A DNA stretch of 64,000 nt, from positions 15,500,001 to 15,564,000 of the forward strand of contig CM106585.1 of the NCBI GenBank assembly GCA_048013815.1. Direction: 5' to 3'. A program made the translations under genes and the position numbers. Shown piece by piece: positions 48,267-61,963 of this stretch (position 1 is its first letter; each line of letters opens with the position of its first letter). The DNA comes from Setoptus koraiensis (lineage: Eukaryota; Animalia; Arthropoda). The notes beneath the pieces were generated by a model. It saw only the letters and a list, made by a program, of their open reading frames with translations, searched no databases and was not told the origin of the DNA.

Positions 48267-51200
48267 GCACCAGGTGGCCATAAACAAGCTGAGGTGTCAA
48301 TAACTGTGCTTTATGGTCACATCGTCAGATACCGTTAGACAGAGAAGATTACATAATGTTGGAAGCCTTAACTGTGGGCTATTGCATTGTTTGTTGTTGT
48401 TGTTGTTGTTGTTCCACTTGTGTCTCACTCATTGTTCGCTCATTCAGCATGTACGCAACAAGTCGTCTAGTTACATAACAAGCATGTGTGCTAAAATGCT
48501 GTCTCGACGCATCTCAATCTAACTGACCATTGCTGACCATTGCCAGTGCACCGACCACAAGCCATGCTCTATGCGCTGGCATCATGCAATGTGGGCCGGT
48601 CTCGTCTGGCTGGTCAGTGGACAGAGGCATCGATTGCAGCATCGGCTTGGCGAGCTCATTATGGCCACCGTAACTTGATTATGGCCATTCTAACACGGGC
48701 CCGCTGACAGCAACAACGGCAACTGACGGCAACAACGGCAACTGACGGCGCTCATTTCGCACATTGCGACATTATTATTGGGTGTTCACATTTGATGTGA
48801 TACATCCAATAATAAGAGCATAATGCTCTGCCTGACCGGTGAGCAAATGCTCTTGAGCTATCAATATCACAATAACAATCACAAAATAATTCACTGGCGC
48901 ACTGGCCAGATTGGGAGCGCAAACATTGACAATGGGTGCCAGTTGTGGGCCGGTCGGCGACACGACTTGTGTCACATGTCACTGTCGACTTGTTTGTGGA
49001 CACTCTGCTAGAGTGTCAACACTGTTGAGTCAACAGACGCAACATGGAAAGCCTTTTTGAAGACATCTCTTTGGGATCTCGTCGAGCCACGCCGAACCGG
49101 ACAGCAGAGGCATTGTTTGTTTGTTGGCGGGATCTTTCTCGCTGGCTGGCTGGCTGGTTGTTCGCTTGATATGATCCGCTTGTCCCGCATCGGTTATTTA
49201 TTGCGGCATTTGACTCCGCATTGCGTGCCGCTGGCAGCCGTGGAGCCGGCCGAAGCACACGAGCGACAACCGACGTCCAAGGGACGTTGGGCATGGCAAA
49301 TAAAACTGACAAACGAAAGCTCGCTTTCGCTCACTGTCTCACTCTGTGATACATGACCGTTGCACACTGACGTTGTGCAACAGGTGATTTACACAACATA
49401 TACATCAACAAGACACGCTACGCACGGTAGTAGTTACGTAATGGCCAGCTCCATCCACAAGCGAGCCTAACAATAATAATAATAATTTCTTGCCTCGTCT
49501 TGTTCTACATCACGAATACTATATCACCTGGACACACGATGATGTATTGGCCGGCGGTTTTAAGCGGAAGACTGGCCCAAGAACAACAACTCTGTAGTTT
49601 GCTGCTGCTGTTGTTGCTGCCGTTGGTGTTGTTGTTGTTGTTGCTGCTGCTGCTGCGGTTGCTGTTGTTGCCTGCGCCGTTGCATGGCAGCGACAAGACC
49701 ATGCAACAGCAGAGATTACCTGATTGAGTCCTCGCTTAATTGCCATTTGAGGCATCCACTGCGGCCCGCTCGACGGCTCCGCCACTGGCAGCTCGTTGCA
49801 GCGCTAACTAAACAGAGCAAAATGGCCAAAATGGCCGGACAAAAAGTCGGCCACTTACACCACTAGCCGACTAACTGGCTGTGAGCAGCAGATCAAGCGA
49901 TCAATCATTTGCAGCATCGGGCATCAATCGGCCGCTAACAACCTGTTGGCCGCCGTCTAAACTTCTTCCTCGATGCCTCCAATCATATCATCTCTGGCTC
50001 GCTTGCCGAGACTCCTTTCACTGCTAACTTGATCATTACTATCGTTATTATCATCGTGTAGCTCCGTTGGGTCTCGCTCTCTCGCTCTCTCTCTCTCTCT
50101 CTCTTGCTCTGTCCGGCTCTCTCGCTCTGTCCGGCAGCTAGAATCCGACTGTTGGAAAGAGCAGCTCGCCAGCGATTCTGGTCACTCTGGCGCGTCCACA
50201 CTTGCAGCCACCGACAACACACCGGACACGAGAAGCACGCCCAGCCATACAAGAAATTTTGACAAGAATTGCAACAAGTTTCGTGACTCCGCCATACAAA
50301 ATCGGCCGGCCGTATGCTAAATGCACTCACATTCATTCGTGATTGGCCGCACTGGCAACGGGGCCACCGCATGCAACCGCTGTAAACCGGCCAAGCATCC
50401 GGTCCGGCCGACAACACTGTCCAGCTCCAGCGTTGAAATAGAGCCAATCGTGGGCACGATCGCAACGAAGCGGCCCCGCGGCCCAGCCGAACCTCGGGCC
50501 AATGAGGCGCCACAGGTGGCGCCGATGCGCCCACCGAACCACCGAACAAGCACACAATCCAAAAATCAAGTGATCGGAAATTAAATTAGAATCGCAAATT
50601 AGGTCTCGGGTCAGTTGTGAGCCAACGCATGCCGTTGTGACATTTGGCGGGCCCGCTCATAAACCGGCAGACGATTCCAAACTGACATTTCAGTGATTTT
50701 TCCAGTGGTGACAAAGCCCAGAAAGCTGGTTGTCGGTAAATGCAACATCCAGCAGTATCTTGCTGCACTGAAAACACCCATTTTGGCCATAATAATTTTG
50801 GCTGTTGCGTCATAAAAAGCGAAAAGCGAGCTATGTTTGCCTACTGACTCAGCAGTACTGAGTGTCCGCTGTGTGCCGGTGAAACTGTGTTGATTTCTGG
50901 ATAGTGCGATCGGAAAAAAGCGAGCCGAAATTGCGACGTCCGCATCTGCCGAAAAAAGCGATTCGGACTGGTCGGCATTGGAGAAGCGCCAGGCCGACAA
51001 GCGAGCGTTTGTTTGTTGGAAAAGCGATTATCGCCTTACTTTGCCGGTGCTTTACTTTATTTTCGCTTTTTATCCGCATCGCACAACGCTGGACACAACG
51101 CTGGACACAACGCTGGGTATAGCACTGAAATCTAGTGACTAGATATAGTACAACAACGGCAGCAGCTACAACAACAACAACACTATCGCGCCAATAGTAT

Positions 51201-52140
51201 TGCCCGAGCACGATCGCCTAAAGGTTAGCACGCCCGCAAAGTGTTTCGAGAGGGGATATTTGTGTGTGCAATAGGCGCTGTCGTGTTGCACAACAAACCC
51301 GCATCGGCGGGCGCTAAATTCTAACGGGAAACACCAATCGATCATCGTTGTTGCCGCTAACAACCGCGGGCTGTTGTCGCTACTAGCAACTTGCCAGCCG
51401 CACAACATAGCCGACATACGCCAGAGATTGCGCCAGTGTTGCGAGAGATATGACAAAGGCATTAGCTGATGAACGCAACGCTGACCGGCCACTACAGGTG
51501 CGTGTATGTATGTTTGTGGCGCAACAGGTAACAGGTAACGGGCAACAGGTGAGCTGTTGTGGTGGTGCACAAGTGCACATCGATGCACCGTTGTGTTGCC
51601 GCTGGCCGGTGCTGCACCGCGGTACCGTATCATCACGGCTCAGGCGGATGGCGGGGGGCTGGCCGGGCAAAAGGCTCGCTGTCGGCTGCTCGGATCGCTC
51701 AGTCTCTCGATGCCTCAATCTCTCCATTTCGGATATTCGTACATCGGCGCTGCAAAGCTGGCCCAGCAGCGTGGTGAGAATCACCGTCGGCGGCGCGGAT
51801 CGTTGGCCGGCCGACCGACCGTCAATGGACCGTCGGAGATTGCGGTGATTCGGCTCGATTTGGCTCGATATAAACTTTATATTGTAAAGTTATGCGAAAG
51901 TCGGGCCATCTGTGGCCGATGATGAGCGCCAGAGATGGACCGACAGAGATAGACGCCGAGAACAAGAGGATGAAGAGGCCTTTGTGCGGCTCTCGATCGG
52001 TGCCTAGTGGCCACTAGGCGCCGCCCAAAACTAGCGGACCTGCCTCTCGATGGCGTAAAACAAGCGCCGTGATTGTCCGATATGGCGCTGTTGTCCAGTA
52101 TGGCCGCAACAACGACAACAGCAACAACCGCAACAACATG

Positions 52141-52172
<32 letters not shown>

Positions 52173-53729
52173 AAACAACAACAACAACAGCGGCGGCGGC
52201 GGACACACACACCACGGCGATGATATGTATCTCTAAAATTACCGTTATCGCCACTACCTGACTGGCAGTAATGATAATAATAATAATAAAAATAATAGTC
52301 GGATTACATTTGTTGGCTGCGTCGTTGCGCCGGCTTCGGCCAGCCTCCTGTCGCACCATTATCTGGCCAGCCCAGGCGCTCGCCTGAGCCTGCCTGCCAG
52401 CTCTACCTGAGACACACACCAGCTCAGGTAACAATAGGCCCGTTGCATCATTATTGTTGGCGCTTTCTCCGGCTACCAGCATCTCACAGCAGCTAGAGAG
52501 AGAGAGAGAGAAAGTCTATGGTTTGTCCGGCCGGCAAATCTCTCACCTGAGCGCAGTCTCAGCAAGTAAAAGTCTGCCTGTTGTGCGCGATATCAAATCA
52601 ACAACTAATTATATAATAAGTTTTGCAAGAATAAAATAATAAGAAGAATAAAATCAGCGCTTCTTTTCGCTGGTACCTGTTGGCCGAGAATCAGCCGAGA
52701 ATCAGCCGAGAATCAGCCGAGAGAATAAGAATAGCAATAAGCCCTCGCAAGCAGAAGCGTTCTTTTGTTGTTGTGTGCGCCACAGTCAGTACAGCAGCAA
52801 CTTGACTGTCGACTTGAGAGTACCGAGAAGCAACCAACGAATATATAAGCTTATATTATATAATATACAAAAGTAGACGAGCGGCAACAAGCGATTACAG
52901 GGGATATCCTCGGCATAGCAGCGCCAGAGCAAACATCGGCCACTGGCAGCCAGCGCAAGTGCATGATCCCGTCAAATAATTCAACGCACACACACACACA
53001 CACACCCGCTCAAAGTAGCAACAACCGTTCAATATCCTCTTGTTGTGTCCAACAATTACGCAAGCAGCGCCAGCAAATATAATATAATTGTAGCGAGCGA
53101 TCCGTTACCGTTATTTGCCAGCCGCCATTTAATGCCCACAACATTTCGCACCCACAGGCACCGCCAAACAGCAAAACGGCAAGACGGCGAAGCTGCAAAA
53201 CAGCAAAACATCGAGACAGCAAAACCGCAATACAGTAACATAGCAAAACAGCAAGACGACGATATAGCAATATAGCAACATAGCAAACCGTCGGCAAGCG
53301 ATCGGCCAGCGCGCCAACGAGTAATAGTTTGTCGCCACAAGTTAGCCACAGGCCGCCGGTGAAACCGACAAACCGCCGCGGCTCCAATTGCGACACTTGC
53401 GGCACTTGCGACACTTTCGCCGCAACAACCGCTCAATTATTGAATTATACACCGAATTGTATCGGTTCACCAACGGTTCACACAGCTCGCCCGATCCGCC
53501 ATTTATCGAGGCGAGCCGCAGCAAGCGTTTTCAAGTGACCACAAGCAACCACAAAGTCAACAGCAGCAACACACAAAACAGGTAAAAAGGTAACAACAAC
53601 GCAACACACAAAATAACTTGTATCTACAGTTGCTCGACACTGGCATCGAGCGCTGTGACGCAACAAAGTTGTCCGCCGGACACGCTCCCGTTGACAAGTG
53701 GGCCCACAAGCGGTGCTGCGGTCAGCGAC

Positions 53730-56700
53730 ATGCTCACAGATAAACAGCGCCAACACAAGCCGGCCACCAGACTGGACACAATGGGGCCCCAACGACGACA
53801 GCGACAACAGCAACAACAACAACAACAACAGCAGCAGCAGCACGAGCAGCAACAGCAGCACAAAAACAGGATCTCACACCTTTCACAGCACAACAGTGTG
53901 TCACAATTGCACCACAACAATCGCCATTCGTATCGCACCGATATCCGATATCGCACCAAACGAAGCTCGTGCAAGCAGCAAATGCAGCAAACAAGCGTCG
54001 CACGAGCACCAGATCACATTCGAGCGACTCGCAACAACTGGCCAGCGGTCAAGCTGCTGAGCGCTTGCAACGCCGTCGTAATGTGTCTCATACTGGCCTC
54101 AACCTGTCCGATCGGCACAAGCCTGGCGTTCAGATTTTTGGGCGACTTTGACACAACGTCGCTGCAACAGACTGGCGCTGACGCCTCCGCGTCCGAGCAA
54201 CTCATGCTGGGCCCCTCGATTCTCAGCAACGCGGCCGACACGGGCGCCGATCAGCAGCAAGACTCGTTGTCCAACGCGGCCCAATTCAGCAACAACAACA
54301 ACAATAACCAAGCTCAACTAGACAACAACAACAATCAGGTGGACAGCAATCTGAACGGAAAACTGTCAGAATTGTCCTCCGCGTCAATAATAAACAAAAT
54401 ATTTGGCTCGTCTTCGGGCTCGCTGTTGGACCAGTCGTCCGACGAGCCAAAACAGCAGCAAGCGACCGGCGAGCAGCAACAGCACCCGACAAACAACGCC
54501 AGAAATAGTTTTGACATGTCGGCCCAATCGTCGGCCCCAGCCAACAACAACGACGACGATATGCAGCTCGCGGACAGCAACGCAAGCGGCGGCCAATCTT
54601 CGGCCTCACAGCAGCAACAAGCGAGCGACGCGCCACCATCGGACGCCAACAGCAACACTCAAACTGGTGCGCCATTATCAGGCGCAACCGCAGCCACTTC
54701 CGGTTCGCTGGCCTCCTCTGTGGCTAGCTCGGCCCTGTCGTCCATCACTCAGATACTCATGCCAAGACGGGTGTCCAACGGAGTGTCCAAAGCAGCGCCC
54801 TCGTCGTCCAATGACCAAGCCGGCAACAATGCCAAAAATGCTGCCGAGCGAGCCAGATCAACGCCGCACAGCGCATCAACAACATCGCAAAAGGTGCAGA
54901 ATTTGTCCCCAAAATCAAAGATCTCGTCAGCGGCGTCCGGAAGCGGCCACAAGGTGGCCTCAGAGGAGGCCATCATCAGACGGCACTACCACAACACGCA
55001 CGGTCACCGGGCCGGTTCCGGTGGGAGCGCGTTGGCCCCGTTGAGTCACAAGCGCGACGACAAAGTCACCAAGATGCACTCCGATCTCGACCAGTCCAAA
55101 GACGGCTCGCCCTCATCGCAACTGTCCTCGCTCATGTCCGGCAAGGGCATCATCAAGGCAATGACGGACAACCGGCTGGCCAGAAGTGAGTAATTGCCAT
55201 ACTTGTTGTTATAATTTCGCGATGACGACGATGATATAATTATCATCGTCGTCATGGTCGAAACAAAACGAAAAAAATAATCCGAAAATTCTAGCAAATT
55301 TTACCGCAATTGATAGATCTATTGATAGATCAGATCTGTTTCTAGCTTGACGTTGCGGCGCGCATTGTCCGCCAAATCCATTAACCTGTTCTACTGTTCT
55401 AATCCGCGCTTTGCTCCTGCCCCACCTGTCCGACGCAATTTTGCAGCCATGAGCACCATTGGGAAATCGCTGGCCGGCAACAAGTACGTAACGGGAGCCG
55501 CCACCGCGTCCGCTGTGGCCGCGCTCGGCTACACGGCTTTCACAAAATTGTTTCTCGTAAGTAGCTGCTTGGTAATGTTAATTTAATGATTCATTCATTA
55601 GTCGGGCAGCATGCAAATTAGCCCGCTCGCCTGTTCGCATGCGTTGTTTACATGCGAATAGACGAAAATGGTTTGACCGGTCCGATCTCGTCGATTAGCC
55701 GCTGTCCATTGGCCATCCGTTGGCCATCTCTGGGTTGGCTGCACAAGGCTCGTGAGCGATTTGATTGGCTCGCAGCAATCAATCAAATCGCAAACGGTCA
55801 GCGGTTTTATTCAAACTGCACTTGGACACACTTGGCATGTAATTACTTTTCATTGTTGCTCGACAGCAGCAGCCACATAGCAGCCGCATCATAGGCACGC
55901 ATTTTTGAGCATAATTTTTGCGCATAATGAGATATAAATATCTCTCATGATGACGCAATATGCGGTCAATAGATGCGGTCGCACAGTGAAGGGTTAATTT
56001 TATCATTTTACAATGCAGCACATGTCACACACTCGATGTCTGATTGTCTCGGCTGGCCAGCAATGTGACGGCTGCCTTCAAATTGCTGCATCAAGTGTCG
56101 CAAACTCTGCTGTTTGCCCGCGCTTTCCGGCGGTAAAAGTAGTCCGGCTCGCCCAACGCCAACAAGCTGATCGCCGGCCGGCCAATCAACGATTACCAAT
56201 CAACGATTACCAATCAACAACGGCTAATCGCATTTGCATAATTGCCAATCATTATTAATTGGCAACGGTGACGCCGTGATCGCATTACGTCGCGTGATAA
56301 CATTTTTACATATAATAATAATCGCGTTTCTTCGCCCGTTTTTTCCGATCCTTTCAGCCCTATCTCAGCCTTAAAATGATGCCCGGAATGGGGAGCAACG
56401 GCGCCGGTCTAATGCAAGGCGTCTACCCCGGTTTAGGCGGACAATTGGCGTTGGCCAGCGATCGCGAAAGTGCCACCGCGACGCATTCTTTTCCTTCCTT
56501 CATTCCGTCGGGCGTCTTCGGCTCAAACGGCGCCCTGCAACCATCGTCGAGTAACGGCTACGGCTCAACCGGCTACGATCTTGCCACCTCGTCCTCGTCT
56601 CAGGCGGCCTCCACTCTGGCGGGACCCGGCTCCGCGTCGGGATTTTACGCCTTTTATCCCGATTATTACACGGCCAGCCCTGTTCGAGCCCACAGCGGCC

Positions 56701-56812
56701 CCGAATACGGCCTGGCGGGCGCCAATCAGCAGCAACAGTTACAGGCGTATTTTGGGTCGTATCAGCCCAGCGGCAAACTAAACGCGCCCGACCTGCAACA
56801 ACAGCAACAACT

Positions 56813-56843
<31 letters not shown>

Positions 56844-57605
56844 TATTCCTTGCCCTACAGAACAGGCTCATCAGAAGCCTCGTCGTCGGCCACTGGCAAC
56901 AACTATGATGTAACAATTACGCAACAGCAGCGGCCCGCCGACCAAATGCAGCCAGCGGAATCGTCGGCGCAACAGGTAGCCTATCTGCAGGCGCCGGCGC
57001 CCGTGCAGCTGCAACAAACGAGCGGTCAGTCGGCAAACAGTTACGCAACAACGGGCGGCGCCGGCGCCGGCCAAACCGGTGGCTTCCTTTTGACCAGCTA
57101 TCAGCCAATGCAAACAGATTCGGCGTATGCGCAACGTGCCAGCCCCAACGTCCAGCCGGCCGAATATTCGCCCGGCGTCGTTTATTCTTTGCGGCAACAG
57201 CAGCAGCAACAGCAGCAGCAACAACAACAACAACAATTAGTGTCGTCGCCGAGGCAACAGACAATTGCGTCAGTGCAACAATTGCTGAACAGTTACGGCG
57301 CCAACGGCCTAGACAGCCAGCTGTCAAACGTCAAACAAGTGTCAGACCACAGCGCTCAGCTGATGCCAGCGGGCGCCAGAGCGCCCGCAACATATCCGCA
57401 ACAGTCTGTGGCCGGCGCAGATTCGACAGGTGAGTCGACGGCGGCATCGGCGCCGGCGCCAGTCGTTGCGTCACCGTCGGCCAAGAGGTCAGGCCTGCAG
57501 CTGAGAATGGACGACGATGTGCGAAAGAGACTGCAAAATTTGCAACGACAAAACTATCTGCGCTGGTACAACAGTGCCCACGACGGCCGGCCCCCGATGC
57601 GATCG

Positions 57606-57637
<32 letters not shown>

Positions 57638-58172
57638 GCAGCAACAACAGCAGCAACAACAGCAGCAACAACAGCAACGACAGGCCGAGCCCGAGGCCAA
57701 GAAATCGATGCCAGAGCGGCCAGAACAGTTGGCGCAATTCAACAAGAATGACTATTATCGATTGGACACGTCCGTGCAGTCGACGGCGGTGGCCGGCGCC
57801 ACAGGTGACATATCGCCGGCGCAGTATGACAATAGACAACAGCGCAAATTGAGTGGTGAGGCGAGCGCTGCCACAATTAAGCGCGACAACAACAACAATG
57901 ACAATGCAGAAACAGATTCAATCAACAAACAGTATTCGTCGCTGGATAGCGGCAACTCTGTCGCGTTCAGTCCAATGCGACAATACAAGTCGCCGGCCAG
58001 TCAGCCAATTGTGTCAACTAAGCAACAGGTAGCCAGCAGCCTTTTGCAGAAGCAACAGCAACAACAGCAGCAAAACTTGCCTATGACAACCGCAAACACA
58101 ATAAATGGCAACAACGGCGACCAATCGCACAACAAACAAGGCACAAATTCAGATCAGGCAAACAATCGATAG
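53730..58172 (+). CDS. Large low-complexity (Q/S/A/N/Y/G-rich) secreted or membrane protein, about 1126 aa; exons 53730-55185, 55447-55556, 56358-58172
   Basis: The 512- and 598-codon ORFs are joined through a 110-nt exon. Donors A|GTGAGT and C|GTAAGT and acceptors ttgcag| and tttcag| all preserve frame. Two hydrophobic segments; no recognisable globular domain. Confidence 0.75.
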
Positions 58173-58727
58173 TCGCTTGATGGCCTCATCACAACACAAC
58201 AACTAGCCACTACTAATTATAACCACCTAATGAGCACAAGATTATTATCAACTCAATCCTAAATTTAGACGCAACGTCAGCTAACAGGTGAGTGGCCGTC
58301 ATACTCATTCAATCGCAACTGTGCGCTCGATGCCGACTCTAATTTTGTCCCAACTACCGTTTGTTTGTTTATTTGTTTGTTTGTTTGCATGGTCGGCATG
58401 CCCATATTAGCCACTTGTTGCCACACTTACGTCATTTGTGTGTGGCATAAACATTGCGCTTCTGTCGCAAATACTACGACCGAGCCGCGGCCAAGGAGCC
58501 CAACGAATCGGACAAACAAACACGGAGCCGCGTCGAGAGGCAGCTCGACTCGACACACTTCTCGTCGACACACAAACATAATTTACAAAGGTAGCCCAGA
58601 TCAAATTAGTCGTCTCGCAGGACAATTGACACAACGCATAAGTGCGCGCGGACCAGCGTCTAGATTGACCAAATAATAAAATCAATAGATAAATTTATAG
58701 CGCTGTCGAGTGTTTGCCTCGCTCTTT

Positions 58728-58728
<1 letters not shown>

Positions 58729-58770
<42 letters not shown>
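58729..58770. repeat. (CT)n microsatellite
   Basis: About 21 uninterrupted CT units. Confidence 0.95.
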
Positions 58771-58774
<4 letters not shown>

Positions 58775-59179
58775 CAATCTCGGGCAGCCCAACTTGACCG
58801 ATTGTCTGTCGAATGCACGCATAAATTGGCCACTTTCACAGAGTCATCCGTCACGTTCCAAATCGAAGCAACCGAACCCATCCAAAGGTCATCAGTTGCA
58901 CACTCGAATGACCGGCTTGAAGGCGAGATTCTCTCCTCTCTGTGTATTTTCTTCTCTCTGCGTATCCCCTTCTCTCTGCGTATTCTCTTCGCTCTCGCAA
59001 TTTATTTGCTATTTATTGTCGCGAAAATCAACGCCTCGTCGCTGACAACAAAACAATTGTTACGCAACAAAATATGATATATTATATAATTGTATTGCGA
59101 CGATAAAGTGTTGCCGACCATTGAGTGAGTGCTAACAATAGCGCGCTAACAATTTTTACGGCCACAACTCAAGCCGTTA

Positions 59180-61963
59180 CTACATTTTGGGTGGTCGCAC
59201 GCCGTTCAAATCGATGACAACGCCGCCCGTCGACGAGCTCGGGATATAGTAAACATCTACGTCGCCGGTGTTCACTTGTTTGTCGGTTAGCGTGGCCGGT
59301 TTGGGGCTTCCACTGCTTGGGGTCTGTCGTTTCGCTTCGATGGGCTCCGCTTTGACCACCAGCGTAAACACTAGACCGCCAACAAAACTGCAACCTGCCA
59401 CCAGGCGCAACAACACGTTCCAACGGGCATTATCGTTGCCCCGATCGCCCAATATCTGGCCCGTCACCAGTGCCATCACCATGCCGGATATTCCGCAAGC
59501 GCTATGCGCTATGCCCACTATGGTAGCCGGGTATTTCTCGCTCAGATCGTAGGGCAGCATTGTTTCGCCGCCGGCGCCGAACATCCAAAAGAACGAGATC
59601 AGTTGCAACAAAACGGCCACCAGGGTGATGTTGCAGTTGCTGTACGAGATCAACAGGTACACTATGGCCATGGAGAAGTTTGCTGCACCGGAAAAGATGT
59701 GAAGAGTCGAAGAGAATAGTATAGAGGAGAATGTTATTTACTACTCTGAAATTAGTTTAGTGGAGCCGGAAAGAAGCCCGGAAAGAAGCCCGGAAAAGGG
59801 GCCAACAGCTAGCGACTTACCCAGTCCCTGGAACACCTTTCGCGTGGTGGTTTTGGACCAGCCGAAGGTCTTGTTTCTGACCATGTTCTTGGCCAGTATT
59901 CCCACAAACACCATGAATAGCGCCTGAATGGCGAACATGACCATAATGATGACGCTTATCTGCTCGACAGGTAGAGGGTAGTAGCAGGGGGAAGGAAGAT
60001 GTTCAGAGGTCAGTCGACGGCTAGTTGTGATTGCAAATGATTGGCGGAATGATTGGCGGAATGATTGAGTCAACGATTGGGCATATGGGCTATGAAACAG
60101 GAATCCCGAGTGGGCAACACCCGTCCGAAATGTCAGTGTTTATCTCTTGTCATTGACAAGTTGTCAGGGCAAAACAGAAAGGTACCCACCAATTTGACCG
60201 GAGCGTGGAAGACGTTCTTCAGGTAGCTGGCCAGCTCAATGGCGGCGAAATCCAGACACAATTGATAGGTGAATTTGACCAAAATCAGCGACAGCACCGA
60301 CGGTGATGTCAGTATGAGCAACCACGGAGTGGGGCGCCTCTTTTTTGACGTTTTTGATTGCGTGCGCCTCTGTGAACTGGGCAGCGGATTTTGTGAATCT
60401 GTGGTCAGGTCGCCGAGTCGCAACTGGCCAGCACCGATATTTAAATTGTTTAAGTTGTTGCTGTTTCCGGTCGCATTGACACAGCTCGAGGGTCTCGGCG
60501 ACAGATTCTTTTTCCTCGTTATTCTGTCCAGTTCGGCCGGACGAACAAATCTGTTCTGTTGCGGCGAGGAGCTGCTCACGAAACACCAGATAATTGCCCA
60601 AACACAACAAATGGCGCCCGAAGCATAAAATACCAGCGGCCATCCCATGCCCTGGCTGATGATGACGCCGGGCAGCAGGGAGCCGCATAGCACGCCGATG
60701 GAGAAGGCAACCTTTATCATGGGCGCAAACACGCTTGTCTCTGTCATAGTGAGCCATTTTGAGAATAGATCGTATATGGCCGGAAACACGGCCGCTTGCG
60801 CAACACCCAAAACAATTCGCGACACCACCAACAGCTCAAAACTGAAGCTCGCCAACGAGGGCGTCAAAAAGTTGATGACGGCAGAACCTCCGGTGCTGAA
60901 CAATATCAAGTACTTGCTGCCATATTTTTGGGCCAAAATTCCGCCTGCCACCAAACCAAAAGAGGGGATGAAAAGGGGCGAAAGGGAGATATAATATCAG
61001 AATTCATATCATTGATAATATCGAGCTGCAGCGGTCAGCATGTGGGGCCAAGCGGTGAACGCGGTCTCACTAGTCCTGCTGAAACTGCTTGTTTACGCTG
61101 TCAACACTCAGAAAAAAGAGCTGCCTGGCCCCAATTTCAATTGCGTCGCGCTGATTAGTGATGGATTGATGGTTACCTGCAGTCATGAATGGCGCATAGC
61201 CCATGTAAAAGGCGCCCAAAAGTAAATTCTGCTGCTTGATTGACCAATTGAATTTCGGATATTTCGGCTCCTCTGTGCGTTCGGCCGCTGTCATATCGGT
61301 GTCCTCGCCGATAGTTTGCTCATCGGCGGAGGAAACCTCTTCACCGATTGTCTGCTCATTGGCGGGGGAAACCTCTTCGCTGGTTCTGTAATTGTCAGTG
61401 TCCGCCTCGACTGGCGAGTTATTTTCATTCAGGTCCGCTGGTTCGTCGTGACTCGGGGGGCCCGCATGATTGTCGTTCCATTCCGGCGCGACACTCGAAA
61501 TGTCTGTCTCATGCAAATCGCCAATTTCTTGCTCTTTTGGTTGGTCGAATTCTTTTTCACTGACGACATCAGTATCAACAATTGATTCGGTTGTTGCACG
61601 ATCGTCTACACCTTCATCCTCATTTATATTTGCAGGCTCGTAGAAACAGGAGCCGTCGTCGAACAGGTCGTCTGGCGCGTTATCTCGATTATCCGCATGA
61701 GACTGGTCGTTTGAGTTGTGCACCATCTCTACAATGGACACATTCAAGTTCATTCTGGACATCTGACATAATGTCATACTTAACAGGGCATAAATACACA
61801 TGACAATTCTCACTTTTTTCTCTTTTTCCTCTCGCATTTCTGGCTGCTCGCTGGCCTGCTTCTGTCTCGCCACGGTGTCGTCATAATCCAGAGGCGACCA
61901 TCTGCCGGGCGCAACCGCAGATTTAACGTTGGCATCCGCTCTTAAATTCAACATACCCGTCAT
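59180..61963 (-). CDS. SLC17 family (sialin/VGLUT-like) MFS anion transporter, copy A, 727 aa; exons 61963-61177, 60944-60190, 59959-59821, 59682-59180
   Basis: MSRMNLNVSIVEM, KFNWSIKQQNLLLGAFYMGY, GGILAQKYGSK, GWPLVFYASGAI, TPWLLILTSPSV, YDLSEKYPATIVGIAHS. Three GT-AG introns preserve frame; the CDS is 2184 nt. Confidence 0.92.

Noticed and set aside
45500-53600. Numerous overlapping 60-200-codon ORFs of poly-V/L/C/T/N
   Set aside because: Products of trinucleotide repeats and higher GC in all frames; none shows a domain or a consistent exon chain.
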